A DNA stretch of 64,000 bases from Vicugna vicugna. Its lineage: Eukaryota. The first letter of the stretch is position 1. Each line of letters begins with the position of its first letter. The stretch is taken from the NCBI GenBank assembly GCA_013265495.1, contig MU058475.1, positions 310,001-374,000 on the forward strand, in the 5' to 3' direction. Under the pieces are notes generated by a model. The model was not told the origin of the DNA. It searched no databases and saw nothing but the letters and a program-made list of their open reading frames with translations. The translations under genes were made by a program, and so were the position numbers. Shown piece after piece: positions 37,506 through 49,440 of this stretch.

Positions 37506-38507
37506 AGGAGGTGGCAGCCGGGGAAGGCTCTGCCGTCAGGGAAGGCTGATTCTTCGATTTTTTTAATTGAAGTACAGTTGGTTGCCATGTTGTGTTAATT
37601 TCTGGTGTACAGCATAGTGATTCAGCTATATGTGTGTGTGTGTGGGTGTGTATGTGTGTATGTATGTTCCTTTTCATGTTCTCTTCTATTTATATGTTAC
37701 TACAAGAAATTATATATAGTTCCCTGTGCTATACAGTAGGTCCTTGTTGTTTACCTATTTTATATACAGTAATGTGTATCTGTTAATCCCAAAGCCCTAA
37801 TCTATCCTTCCCCACCCGTCCTCCCTAGTAGCCACAGTTTGTTTTTTATGTCTGTGAGTCTATTTCTGGTTTGTAAATAAAATTTGTATTTTTTTAAGAT
37901 TCCACATATAAGTGATATTTTATGGTATCTTTCTCTGTCTGACTTACTTCACTTAATATGATCATCTCCAGGTCCATCCATGTTGCTGCAAATGGCATTA
38001 CTTCTTAGGAGGTGGCAGCCGGGGAAGGCTCTGCCGTCAGGGAAGGCTGATTCTTCGATTTTTTTAATTGAAGTACAGTTGGTTGCCATGTTGTGTTAAT
38101 TTCTGGTGTACAGCATAGTGATTCAGCTATATGTGTGTGTGTGTGGGTGTGTATGTGTGTATGTACGTTCCTTTTCATGTTCTCTTCTATTTATATGTTA
38201 CTACAAGAAATTATATATAGTTCCCTGTGCTATACAGTAGGTCCTTGTTGTTTACCTATTTTATATACAGTAATGTGTATCTGTTAATCCCAAAGCCCTA
38301 ATCTATCCTTCCCCACCCGTCCTCCCTAGTAGCCACAGTTTGTTTTTTATGTCTGTGAGTCTATTTCTGGTTTGTAAATAAAATTTGTATTTTTTTAAGA
38401 TTCCACATATAAGTGATATTTTATGGTATCTTTCTCTGTCTGACTTACTTCACTTAATATGATCATCTCCAGGTCCATCCATGTTGCTGCAAATGGCATT
38501 ACTTCTT
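37506..38507. repeat. 501-bp tandem duplication (37506-38006 and 38007-38507)
   Basis: Copies read as identical except T37665 versus C38166; duplicated ORFs at 37592 and 38093 are offset by 501. Confidence 0.97.
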
Positions 38508-38652
38508 TTTTATGACTGAATAATATTCCACTGTGTATATATATCTTCTTTATCCAGTCATCTGTCAATGGACATTTAGGTTGCTTCCATGTCTTGGCTA
38601 TTGTAAATAGTGCTGCTATGAACACTGGGGTGCATGTATCTTTTTGAGTTAG
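37558..38652 (-). mobile_element. Young L1 3' end, partly duplicated
   Basis: TTTTAATTGAAGTACAGTTG start; remnant KDTCTPVFIAALFTIAKTWKQPKCP in ORF 38395-38658 is L1 ORF2p. Confidence 0.92.
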
Positions 38653-39947
38653 ATACACAGAAAACTGGTTTGAATCTTAGCTCCAACTTCCAGTGGGGTC
38701 CCCCTGAGCTTGGGCTTCCTCACTTGCAGGGATACGATGAAGGCATTCTTAGCCAGCTTCACTGAGCGGGCCAGCCAGACCAACCTCATCCTGGAATCCC
38801 TGCTCCGCTCTTGGTCCGTAGTGGGGTAGCCCATTATTCCACGCCGCACCTCCCAGTGCCACCATCGGAACCACACCTAGGCTGCCTGGCCCTGTGGCTC
38901 TGCCTCTGTCGCAGGTGCCTGGCCTACTGCAATCTGTGGTCCAGTTCAGGGCCCCAACACGTCCAGGCTGTGCCTTCACACCGTGCAGTTACCGACTTAC
39001 GTCCAGCCACCAGGTCCCACGAGAGCACAGGGATGATGAGGCCTTACCTGCACGGGCTTGTCCCTGTGCTGCTGCTGGGGGTGACTTCCATCCTTCCACA
39101 AACACCCATTTTTGTGGGGCTGAGCAGAGCCACTCTGCCTCTGTGACTCACAGAGTGCTGACAGCCACCACCTGCCTACAAACGACAAATAAAAGGGGAG
39201 AAACACTGCCTATACAGGGCTATTGAACACCAAACCTTCCTTCTCTGCTGAACAAGAGTATGCGTTGAAACAGGAAAAGTTTAAAAAAAAATTAAAAAAG
39301 AGAAAAAGAAATAGGGAAAGTTGGTGAAATTACATCACTTAAAATATAGGGAAGGCGTATTGGTTAAACACGAAATCTCTACGTTCAAAGGGATCGATTG
39401 TAACTTCTTTCATTTGAATTCAGACATCTTTCCCAACTAGTGATGAACTTTTTCTCGAATAATCTATGACAGTCTCCTGCTGTGAGAAGCTAAAATGGCA
39501 ACTTTTTCATGGCCAGTCAAGGAGTGGCACCGAGCTGTCTGCACATCTGGAGAGAATAGCCCTCCAAGGAGGTCACCTGGATGGCCTTTACCTGGAGCAT
39601 CAGTGATCCAGGAGCCAGGAGTTTTGGTAATGTGGCATTAAACTAATCTTTCCTTCTCAACCCTTCTCTCTGTCACAATTTACTATTGAATTCAGAAGCC
39701 CAGTTCCCTTTAGAAAATGGTACTTGGTGCCCTTTTCTAAGGCACGTGGAGTCTGCCCTTCCAGCTGGGGGTGGACCACAAGGAGAATCTCTGAAAAGCC
39801 AGAACCTAAACCTTTGCTGAAGAGGATGGGACAGGGAGGCTCCGACGGTGACGTGGCCCAGCAGTGTGAACCCAGCGCATCTTTGGAAGGCCCCCTCCTG
39901 CAGTCCCAGCCAGCACTGTGGGTAAAGGGTTTCAGCTCTGGCACCTC

Positions 39948-40496
39948 TTTTAGAGCAGGCAGGTAGCTAGATACGAGCAGAAAAAGGGGAACACAGGCCA
40001 AATGGCAGGAAATCATACATCTTGTGAACAACGGGGGTCCTTTGGCAGACAGAAAAGCAGGAACCTCTGGACTGATAAGAAATCACACATTTTGGGGTGA
40101 CAAGTGTCCTGGAGGCAGACAAAGAAAGGTGGGGAAAGGCAGGAATCTCCAGCAGCCAGACGTAACCTTTCACTCATCATGCCCTCATCCGAGTTCCTGA
40201 TCATGACTAAATAAGGACAAAAATCCCTCCGCCCCTTCGGGAAGGTGGAGCTGGGATGAAGATCTGAAAAGACAACTCCAAACTCCTCCCCACCGATGAA
40301 TATTCTGCCCATTCATCTTCACACCCCATAGAACCAGCTTGCCAAAGAAGCCTGGGGCAGCTACCCAGCTGGGTCTGCCCGCTCTTTCCTTGAGCGCGTA
40401 CTGTCACTTAATGAGCCCTTGCTTTGCCTTCTTGACCTCTGTGTCTCACTGCTGAATTCTTTCTGTGACGAGACAGGAACCTGCTCTCTGGTGACA
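39948..40496 (+). mobile_element. ERV1-type solo LTR (MER50-like start)
   Basis: T(T)TTAGAGCAGGCAGGTAGCTAGATACGAGCAG start, GTGACA end; TSD CCTC at 39944-39947 and 40497-40500. Confidence 0.8.
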
Positions 40497-40860
40497 CCTC
40501 TATGAGGTTTGTGGGTTTTGAAGCAGAAACAATGATGGAGACTTTCCTTAAGAAAAGGAGCAGAAATTATCTTAATTTGGAAAAATTTCCCCAAACGTAT
40601 GAGCACATAAACACTTCGCAGGGGCCCATCCTGGGGTCTTGGCAGCGGCCTGAGGCTTGGGAGACGCGCCAGCTCTCGGGCGTGCCGGCGTCCAAGTGTT
40701 CCCAGCCACGTCCGGGCTGTTTCTCGGTCACAGCTGCCTTTGGCCCTCGGGCCTTGGTCATCTTCCCCTTCGTACCTGGGCCTCGTACACCTTCATCCTT
40801 TCTCAAGCTTTAGTGTCAGGTAAAGAAAGAAGCTCTGCTCTTGACTCTGGGCTTCAGTTT

Positions 40861-41412
40861 TGAAAGACTAGGAAACTAACAGAATGGCCTCCCTGATGCT
40901 AAAGCTCTTTGCTGATTTATTCTGACTTAAAATTCTTGCAACTTGTTTTTCTTTTTTCTCTGACAAATCTCCATCTCTGCTTCACTTGCTCGACTATTTT
41001 TGTGCTAAACAGCCCCCAGCCTGCCCATGACGCCCTCCCCTCCCTGTACGTTCTTTACCCAGAACAGCTGAGCCTTTAACCCAGAAGCTGTGCTCCGGGA
41101 AGGTGGTCACGGGCTGACAACCTCCGAAGAGTGAACAGACCCTCCAGAGTTTCTCCGTGAGGCCAGGTGGATTAAGAAGAATAGAGCGTCCCAGAAAACA
41201 CACTGATTGTCGTCGCCCTTCTGTTCTGTCTGGTTTTTCTATAAAACCTCAGGACGCCAACCCCAAGGTGGATTCACCGTCTCTGAGGCACTCCTGCTGT
41301 GGCTCCCCTCGCCTGGCAAAGCAGTAAAGCCGTTCTTTTCTAATTTTCCCAGAATTCTGCCCCCGAGTCTCCATTTGGCTCTCGGAGTTCAGAGGCCAGT
41401 TTTTCAGCAACA
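40861..41412 (+). mobile_element. ERV1 (gamma-like) solo LTR
   Basis: TGAAAGAC start, CAACA end; TSD GTTT at 40857-40860 and 41413-41416; TATAAAA at 41240-41246; AGTAAA at 41323-41328. Confidence 0.88.
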
Positions 41413-43351
41413 GTTTCCTCTTCTATAAAGTGAGAGGCTGAGATGTTTCCTGTTAGAAAACATCTGAAACGCGCTTGACTCTCAGTAAACGCCACCTGTG
41501 CCCGCTCCTTGGACTTCTGGCCCGAGCTCCTGACCAGTCAGAAGCCCCGGTTTCTATGTCCGATTCCAGCACAGAATTTGATTAGAGCTGAGAGTTATAA
41601 GAAGAATTGTGTCTTTCTTCCTATGGTGTAAAAGCAACTACCAGAAGACGCCAGGGACCACCAGGAGTGTGAACATCGGGGTACTTCACTGAAGGCTTGT
41701 TTATCGGAGAAAATGACCAAACCCAGCTTGCATCTTAAGCATCGGACCAGAGGAGATTGTAGAACAAAGCTACCATTCCATGGTGGACTACACTGCCACT
41801 ACCAAACTCATTTTAAATGATAACCAGTAGATTTTCATAACATATTGCTAAGGGAATAACACAGGGTACAGAACCGTATTTACCACAGTATTTCATTTTT
41901 GTAAAATAATACACTTTTCACATACACACACACACATATGGAAGCATGGCGGCCACATGTTCCCTGTGGTTATCTCAGAATGTGAAAAAAGGGGCCCTTC
42001 TCTTGTTTTGCGTGCCTGGGTTTCCTACAAGCCTGCAGCGCGTAGCGCCGGAGGGCTCTCCTTGGCCCGCTCCTTTGCTCCGTCCAGCTACTTCGAGCCT
42101 GCCATCAAATTTTAATTATCGAGTAGGTGAGAGACTGCGAGACGCTTTCAGACTCATGCTCGTGAATTTAGAAACAGCAGGTGCTTCCAGCCTGTTATTG
42201 TAGTGACTCTAGAAGAGTGATGACTTTCTCCATTTTGTGGCTCTGACGATTCTTCAGGAAATTAAGCTGAAAGTTTAATGTCAAGTGGCTCTGTGAACAG
42301 CATTTTTACTGGAACTCAAGCCTTTGAATTTCTGAGATGTGAAGCAACACTGTTCCACGCAGTAGAGAGTTTTCTTGGACTGCTGAAGCCATCACACGTG
42401 GTTCCAACAGGAGCTTTTGTGGGGACCACATACACATGTGACCCTAAACTTCAGACACCCCCAGTCACAGCCTTCGTGCATCCAGGCAGATCCACAATGC
42501 TTGAAGCAGCTTCCTAAAGACTAGTTGGTTTCACTTTGTGAAACTGTACTTCTAAACAGTAACCTCTCGAGCAGCTGAGAAATAAATGCAAATAATAAGA
42601 TCAGCGGCCGAAATGATCCCCAATGTTTATATTCTGTGTTACTACCAACAATAATGTTAAGTAAAAAAATGACTTCGTATTTAATTTCATAGCTTGCAAA
42701 CTACTTTTCAAAAGCAGTTTTGTTGACATAGAATTCACAGAACCGTACAATGCACCCATTTCAAGTGTACAACTCAATGGTTTTTGTTTATTTCAGAGTT
42801 GTGCAATCATCACCACGATCTAATTTTAGAACATTTTTTTCATGAAACTCCAGACCTACTAACAATCACCTCCCATTATGCACCCCACCCCTCATCCCCG
42901 GCCTTAGGTACCCCCTAAACGAGTCTCTATTTCTCTGGACATCAATATAAATGGAATCATACAACATACAGTCTCTTGTAACTTTGTAACTAGCTTCTTT
43001 CTCATAAGTGTGTAATGTTTATGAGGTTCATCCATGTTGTAACATGTCAGTTATTCATTCCTTTTAATTACTGGGTAATAGTCCATTGAATGAATACACC
43101 ACATTTTATTTGTCCAGTCATCAGTTGGTGAACCTTTGGGTTGTTTCTACTTTTTGGCTATTATGACTAATGCTGCTGTGAACATTCATGTACAAGTTTT
43201 TTTTTAGTAGATCTTTGTTTTCATTTCTCTTGGACATGTGCCTAGAAGTGGAACTGCTGGATCGTATGTAACTACGTGTTTAACATTTTTTTCTCTTTTT
43301 TTCCCGCCATTAGATTGCCTTTTTTTTTTTGTTTTAATTGAAGTACAGTCA

Positions 43352-43490
43352 TGGGGGAGGGTATAGCTCAGTGGTAGAGTGTGTGCTTAGCATGCACAAG
43401 GTCTTGGGTTCAATCCCCAATACCTCCATTTAAAATAAATAAAACCTAATTATCCCCCAACAAACAAACAAACAAAACCAAAAAAAAAAA
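43352..43490 (+). mobile_element. tRNA-derived camelid-type SINE nested in a young L1 3' fragment
   Basis: A box TAGCTCAGTGG, B box GGTTCAATCC, A-tail; TSD AATTGAAGT(A/G)CAGTCA at 43336-43351 and 43491-43506. Confidence 0.95.
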
Positions 43491-43715
43491 AATTGAAGTG
43501 CAGTCAATTACAACGTGTCCATTTCTGGTGCACAGCACAGTGTCCCAGTCAGGCAAATACATACATATGCTCATTTTCATATTTTGCATATTTAACATTT
43601 TGAGGAACTCCCAGACTGTTTTTTCAAAGCAGCTGCATTTTTACATTCCCATTCCCACCAGCAGTATAAAATGTTCCAGTTTCTCCAAATCCTCACCAAC
43701 GCTTGCTAATTGTCT

Positions 43716-44546
43716 TGGTGTTGTTGCTGTTATAGACATTGTTTATTGTTTTCCAAACAACAGTCAATTCTCCAATTTTGTGACCCCAGCTGGGTGCCCT
43801 ACAATCCAGTCCAGTTCTGACACTGACTACCTGAGTTAGCACAGAGCCCACAGGTTTAAGGGCTCAGTCCCACAAGACTGCCTCCACTTCACACGCCGGC
43901 TGCAAATGCCAGCCCCCAGGCCACCCTCTCTTCTGCCCCGTGGACTATAAATTAACGGTTTCCCATGACCTCACCTCAGGTCCAGTAATGAGATAAAATA
44001 ACTCACAGAGCTCAGGAAAGCTCTATACTTATGATTAGTTTTATCTTAGAGGATACAGCTTAGGAATAGCCCAGTGGAAGAGGTGCACAGAGCAAGGTGT
44101 GGGGCAGGGGGGCAGGACTTCCATGACCTCTCCATGGATGCCACACCACCAGCATGCCAACATGTTCAACACTCCAGAAGCCTTCTGTCTCTTTGTTTCA
44201 GTGTTTCTAATCAAAGCTTCACTGACTGGGCATGATTGTTTAAATCAATGGCCATTGGCGATTGAACACAGCCTCCATCTCCCTTCCCTAGAGGCACAGG
44301 ATTGGGGCTGCTCGGTCTAAGCTTCTAATCACGTGGTTGTCTCCTCCGTCAACAAGCCCCATTCCGAGGCTGTTTAAGGGCCCACAAAGGGTCCTCTCAT
44401 GAACTTAAATTCAGAGGTGGTCAAAACAGGCTCATTTTGGAAAAAAAAGACACTCCTACCACTCAGGAAATTCCACAGAGTTTAGGCCCTCTATGCCAAG
44501 AACCAAGTACAAAGATCGAATATGTATTTTTTTTTATTGTACCACA
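43716..44546 (-). mobile_element. MER21-type LTR
   Basis: Reverse strand begins TGTGGTACAATAAAA...TGGTTCTTGGCATAGAG...GGAATTTC; AGGGCTCAGTCCCACAAGACTGCC motif; TSD GTCT. Confidence 0.85.
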
Positions 44547-46653
44547 GTCTCCCTGGTGGGTGTGAAATGATATCTCATTGCGCCGCAGATTTGCATTTTC
44601 CTAATAACTAATGACATTGAGTATTTGTTCAAATGCTTATTGGTCTTCTGCATGTCTTTACTGAACAATGGTCTATTTAGATCCTTTGCCCATTTTTTAA
44701 AAATTGGGTCATTTATCTTTTTATTATTGATTTGTAAGAGTTCTTTATATATTCTGGATCCATGTCCTTTATAGACTTGCCAATATTTTCCCCGTTCTAT
44801 GGATTTTTCTTACCATTTTCTTGATGATATTCTTTGCCACCCAGAGTTTGTCATCTTTATGGTGTCCAATTTATCTACTGTTTACTTTTTCCCCCTATTG
44901 TTTCCTTTTGTTCCTGTATTTTTGGTGTTATATCTAAGAAACTGTTGCCTAACTCAGAGTCACAAAGATGTACTCTGATGTTTTCATCTAAGAATGTTAC
45001 GGTTTTAGATCTTACGTTTGGGCCTATAGTCCATGTTGAGTTAATTTATGTGACTTGTGTGAGAAGAAGGGACGGCTTCATTCTCTTGCATGTGGATAGA
45101 CCTGTACCCTCTGTTGAAAAGTCTGTTCTTTTCCCATTGAGTCATCTTGGAACCCTTCTCAAAAAATCAATTGACCGTAAGTGTAAAGGTTTATTTCTAG
45201 ACTCTCAGTTCTAGCCCATTGACGTGAATGTGTATCAGTACGTCAGGACCACGGTCTTGGTTAGTGCAACTTTGTAGTAAAATTTGAAATCAGGAACTGT
45301 AAGTCCTCCTACTTTGTTCTTTTGTCCCATTGGTTTTGGCCATTCTGAAGCCCTTTGCCTTTCCATACAAATTTTAGGATCAATGCGTCAATTTTCACAA
45401 AAAAGCCAGTTGGGATTTTGATAAGGATTGTGCTGAATCTACAGATCGCTTTGGGGAATGCTGCCATCTTAACAATGTCAACCTTTCTGATCTGTGACCA
45501 TGCAGGTCCTTTCATCTATTTAGGTAACTTATTTCAGCAATGTTTTGTGGTTTTTAATGTACAAGTTTTATATTTCTTTTTTAAATCAAATTTATCCCTA
45601 TAATTTCTATTCTTTTTCATGTTATAATAAGTTAAATTGGTTTCTTAATTTTATTTTTGGGTTGTTTGTTAGTAACATATAGAAAAAAATAAATTTTTGC
45701 ATATTGATCTTGTATCCTGCAATCGTGCTGAAATTGTTTATTAGTTCTAATAGTTTTGTTTTTAGTGGATTCCTTAGGATTTGCAAAATACTTTTATACA
45801 CATTATTTTGCTTAATCACCAGAAGAGAACTGCGACTGTGTAGGACAAGCTTTCATCTCACATTTTTACAGGTGAGACCAAGGCTCAGAGTGGCAAATAA
45901 GCTGTCCAAGGTTATTAAATGGTAGCACCTTGACTGATTCTCAGGACAGAGTCTGAAAACAGCAGACTGACCACAGAGTCAATTTTTCTCACCATCCAAA
46001 TACTTTAAAGAAAAAAGTGCAACCTACAAGAAAAAAAGAGGTTGAGGAAAAAAGACAATAGCTGATAAGTTTCGGCAAAATTTTTTCAGGGTAGAAAAAT
46101 TGGGCAGTTACTGACTTAGTGGAATAGAGGAAGCCTTAGCTTGAGTGTCTAAGGCAGAACTTCAGAAATGAACATAGTTATAAGATTTGTGTACGCATTT
46201 AAGAAATGAAATGATTTTGCCCAAGTCCCAGAAAAGTCTCAGGACTTGGGAAGTCCCACAGAAAACAGGGGTGAGGGGTGGAGTGAGGATTCGAGGAGAT
46301 TGGCACACAGCGACTTAAATCCCCACACTCTCCCGCATCTCCTGCAGTCTGGTGCCTCTCTCTCCATCTATGCAAAGGCTGACTGGGGACCCCAGAAAGA
46401 GAGAGGAGTGGAGGGTGGGATGTGGGGGAAACAAATTAAATGGTGCACCATCACTCAGGTCCTTGTCAAAGGCTGGCAGCTGTCAAAGGCTGGCGTCTCT
46501 AGGTAGGAGAACAGAGGAAAGACCTTTCTCTAGTCAGATGGGGGCCCCCTTTTGGGGTCCCCTCCGACAGAAAACATGAATTGCCATCAATCACCTTGTG
46601 GACAGACCTACACCCCGCCACAATACACATCTTATAGTCAGATTTTTGGTGTC

Positions 46654-47006
46654 AATTTCTTTTCATTTTTCAGTTTTATTAAGTAGAATTGTTACAATTT
46701 CACTGCACATATACCAAATACTGCATGTAAATACATATACACAATATACCACAATTTAAAAAAATGTACATATATGTACTGTTCATTGTTTCTAAGCACA
46801 TTTAGAGCTTTAGTTTTTTAAACTTATATAGTTATCAAAGGAATAAAGCCAACCACATGATAAGAATTGATTCAAAAAGATACATATGCCCCGTTACTAA
46901 TGGCAACATTATTTATAATTGCCAAGATATGGAAGCATCCTAAGTGCATGTCAATAGATGAATGGATAAAGAAGGTGCAGTGTATATATGTAATGAAATA
47001 CAACCC
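46654..47006 (-). mobile_element. Chimeric retrotransposed insertion (polyadenylated non-L1 segment joined to an oppositely oriented L1 piece)
   Basis: Flanking TTGGTGTC at 46646-46653 and 47007-47014; T-rich tail plus TTTATT at the left end; sense L1 segment at about 46865-47000. Confidence 0.6.
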
Positions 47007-47014
47007 TTGGTGTC

Positions 47015-47900
47015 TGCATTTTTAATATGAACCAATATTTGAGGGAAATCTTCGACATCAAAGAGAGGGGTAATAAATAAATAAATAGAAAAAGGGAGTC
47101 CAGAGAAAACATGGATAATACAGGAAGCAGAAAACTAAAATAACGAAAACAAAACTTCTTAGTGTCTTCAAGGAGTGTGAAAGTCCTCTTGGAAATTAAA
47201 ACCAGGAGTTGAAAAATGGGATATGAATATGGTAACTTCATTAGCAGGATTGGAAGGTAAAGTTCAGGAAAGCCTTCAAGGGATTGAAATTGGACAACCC
47301 AAACAAATCCAGGGCGAGTAGAAAAAGAGAGGTCAGAGACACAGTCCAGGAGTTTCAATGTCTGCTGAGGAAGATTGCAGAAGGAAGACACAGATGTGCT
47401 GGTGGAGGGGAAAATGATCGAAGCTGTGATGTTAAAAAAAAATCTTCCAGAATGGAACGGCAGAAGTCTTTGAGTTGAAAGGGGACACAGAGTGCCCACA
47501 ATAATTAATTTTTAGAAAAGTGTCACATCATCATGTAGGATTACCAAGAATAAAGAGAAAAAAATTTAAAGCTCCTGGGCAGGGCAGGTGTGTGAGTGTG
47601 TGTGAGTGTGTGTGTATAAGTGTCCCTGTGTGTGACAGATTCAGGATATGAAGTCAGGATGGCAATGAACGTCTTAACAGCAAAACTGAGAGATAGAAGC
47701 TAATGATACAACGCCTTCAATATTCTGAGGGAAAATGACTTTGAACCAAAATTCTATCCTCAGGCAAACTCTCCATCAAGGGTAACTGTAAGAGAAAGAC
47801 ATTTTCAGAAAACCAAAGGCTCAAATATTTTACCTCCCGTGGACTTTCCTTTAGGAAGAGATCCTTCAGCAAAAGAAGGAAATTAATCAAGAGAGAGGAA
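47015..47900 (+). mobile_element. Ancient L1M/HAL1-like ORF1-region remnant
   Basis: GCCTTCAATATTCTGAGGGAAAATGACTTTGAACCAAAATTCTATCCTCAGGCAAACT resembles the ORF1p C-terminal F-PRILYPAKLS region. Confidence 0.7.
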
Positions 47901-48949
47901 GATGGCCCGCCGCCCAGATAACAGATGATTCAACACAGGGGATGGCCCAGGGATGTCTTGGGTACCGGCCTCCAGACTGGCTCAGGGGTCCGAGCTCTCT
48001 AGGAGGAATTCTCCAGCAGAAGTGAAGAACAGAGCCTCTGTACTTGTGTCTGTGAATAATGTTATTGATTTTGGATGATTTGGGGGGAAAAAACTATTAG
48101 AACATAGAAAATTTGACAAATGAAAAAACAGAGCAGCAATTAAGTCCAGGAGAAAAGAATCAAGAGAGGAAGGAGGTACGATCATAGTGAACTTTTTGGC
48201 TCAAGAGGGAGTCGTATTTTATAGTCGTAGTAATGTAAATGCTGCTTATCGACTTAATCAAAGATTGTGCTCGAACTATGCTGGGAGAGGTGGAGAAGGA
48301 GGGCTGAGGTGGAGCAGCGCGCTCCATCCTCAGCTCCCACGGTTAAGATGTCAAGGGACAACGCCTACAAATGACAGTTCAGGATTCAGCAGTGTAGACA
48401 GATTATTTAGAAACGCAGAGGTTAAAAGCAAGGGAAAAAGCTAGATGCTTTGAGAGGACTTGCTTCGAAGGAGGAGCCTGGGAGAGGACAAAGGGTGGGG
48501 CGGGGCAGTGATAATTTTTATGATTAGCCTTTTGGTAACTTTTGACTTTTAAAATCATGCGCATTTATTTACACTGAGAATTGAGAGAAGGAGGAAGGGA
48601 GGGACGGAGGGAGGCAGAGACAGAAACCGAGACAGAGAGACAGAGAGGATGGACTCTGGGACCCACGTATCAGAAGACTGAACTACAGTTCTCTCTTCGA
48701 TGTGCAACTTTCCAAACTTTCTGTATCAGGGTTTCCAGAGAACTGTGCCCTCCCCTCCACCTGCCACCCCTGCTGCAAGTCACAGACACCTCTAGAAATC
48801 TCTATTCTGCTTCCCTCGGACCCCTGTAGGGGGCCCGGTTCCAGGCTTCATGGCTCCTACGGGCAAGCCCAGTTTGGGCTGGTGTTTTCCCAAGAAGGCA
48901 TCTGGTTTGCATATAATGAGCGATTTCTGGCTCCCCCTTTGGCTGCACT

Positions 48950-49440
48950 TGGAAAAGAGCGCGGTGCCGAGGAAGCCTGAAATCAGCCTCCTAAACTGTC
49001 TCCCAGGGAGCCTTTCTGTTTCTGCTCATGCAGCCCTCGCTGCCGAGAGGAGGCTGGTGGCAGGAAGCGGCTGTGCTGAGCTGAAGAGCTGGAAGCGGCA
49101 TCCGGATCCCCCGCACTGGCGCCGGCCTCGCCCTGCGGCTGCTCTCCTCGCGGATGAGCGGAGCAGGCCCGCCGCAGGGCCTAGGGAGGGTCAGCGGTCC
49201 AGGAAACGTCCTCAGGCCGGGCTTCGGGAAACCTGGGCGGGGCTCGGAACCAGCCCCCCGGGCTGGCCCGACTGCTCTCCTCTGGGACAACAGTCCTGAG
49301 GTCCCCTCCCACCGCCACCGACCCCGCGGTCCTGGAGGCTGCTCGCTGTCCCAGATCTGCTCTGTGCAGACACCCCGGCCCAGCCCAGCACCCTGTTCAC
49401 GCCCACGCTTGAGGGCTGACACCTGCTCGTGGCCGGGTGG
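48950..49440. promoter_or_regulatory. CpG/GC-rich patch (weak CpG island)
   Basis: Dense CpG; GC box GGGCGGGG near 49235; GGAAG ETS-like motifs; no obvious repeat origin. Confidence 0.4.

Larger units (their letters stand above)
42711..45790 (-). mobile_element. Old L1 (L1MB-like), interrupted by nested insertions
   Basis: CCCATTTCAAGTGTACAACTCAATGG 3' end; remnant peptides IVKMAAFPKAICRFSTILIKIP and KLLELINNFSTIAGYKINMQK are L1 ORF2p. Confidence 0.9.

Noticed and set aside
39948..41412. Adjacent LTRs as one element
   Set aside because: Unrelated sequences with separate TSDs (CCTC and GTTT)
43353..43425. tRNA gene
   Set aside because: The A/B boxes belong to a SINE head followed by a SINE body, A-tail and TSD; four similar copies occur elsewhere in the window
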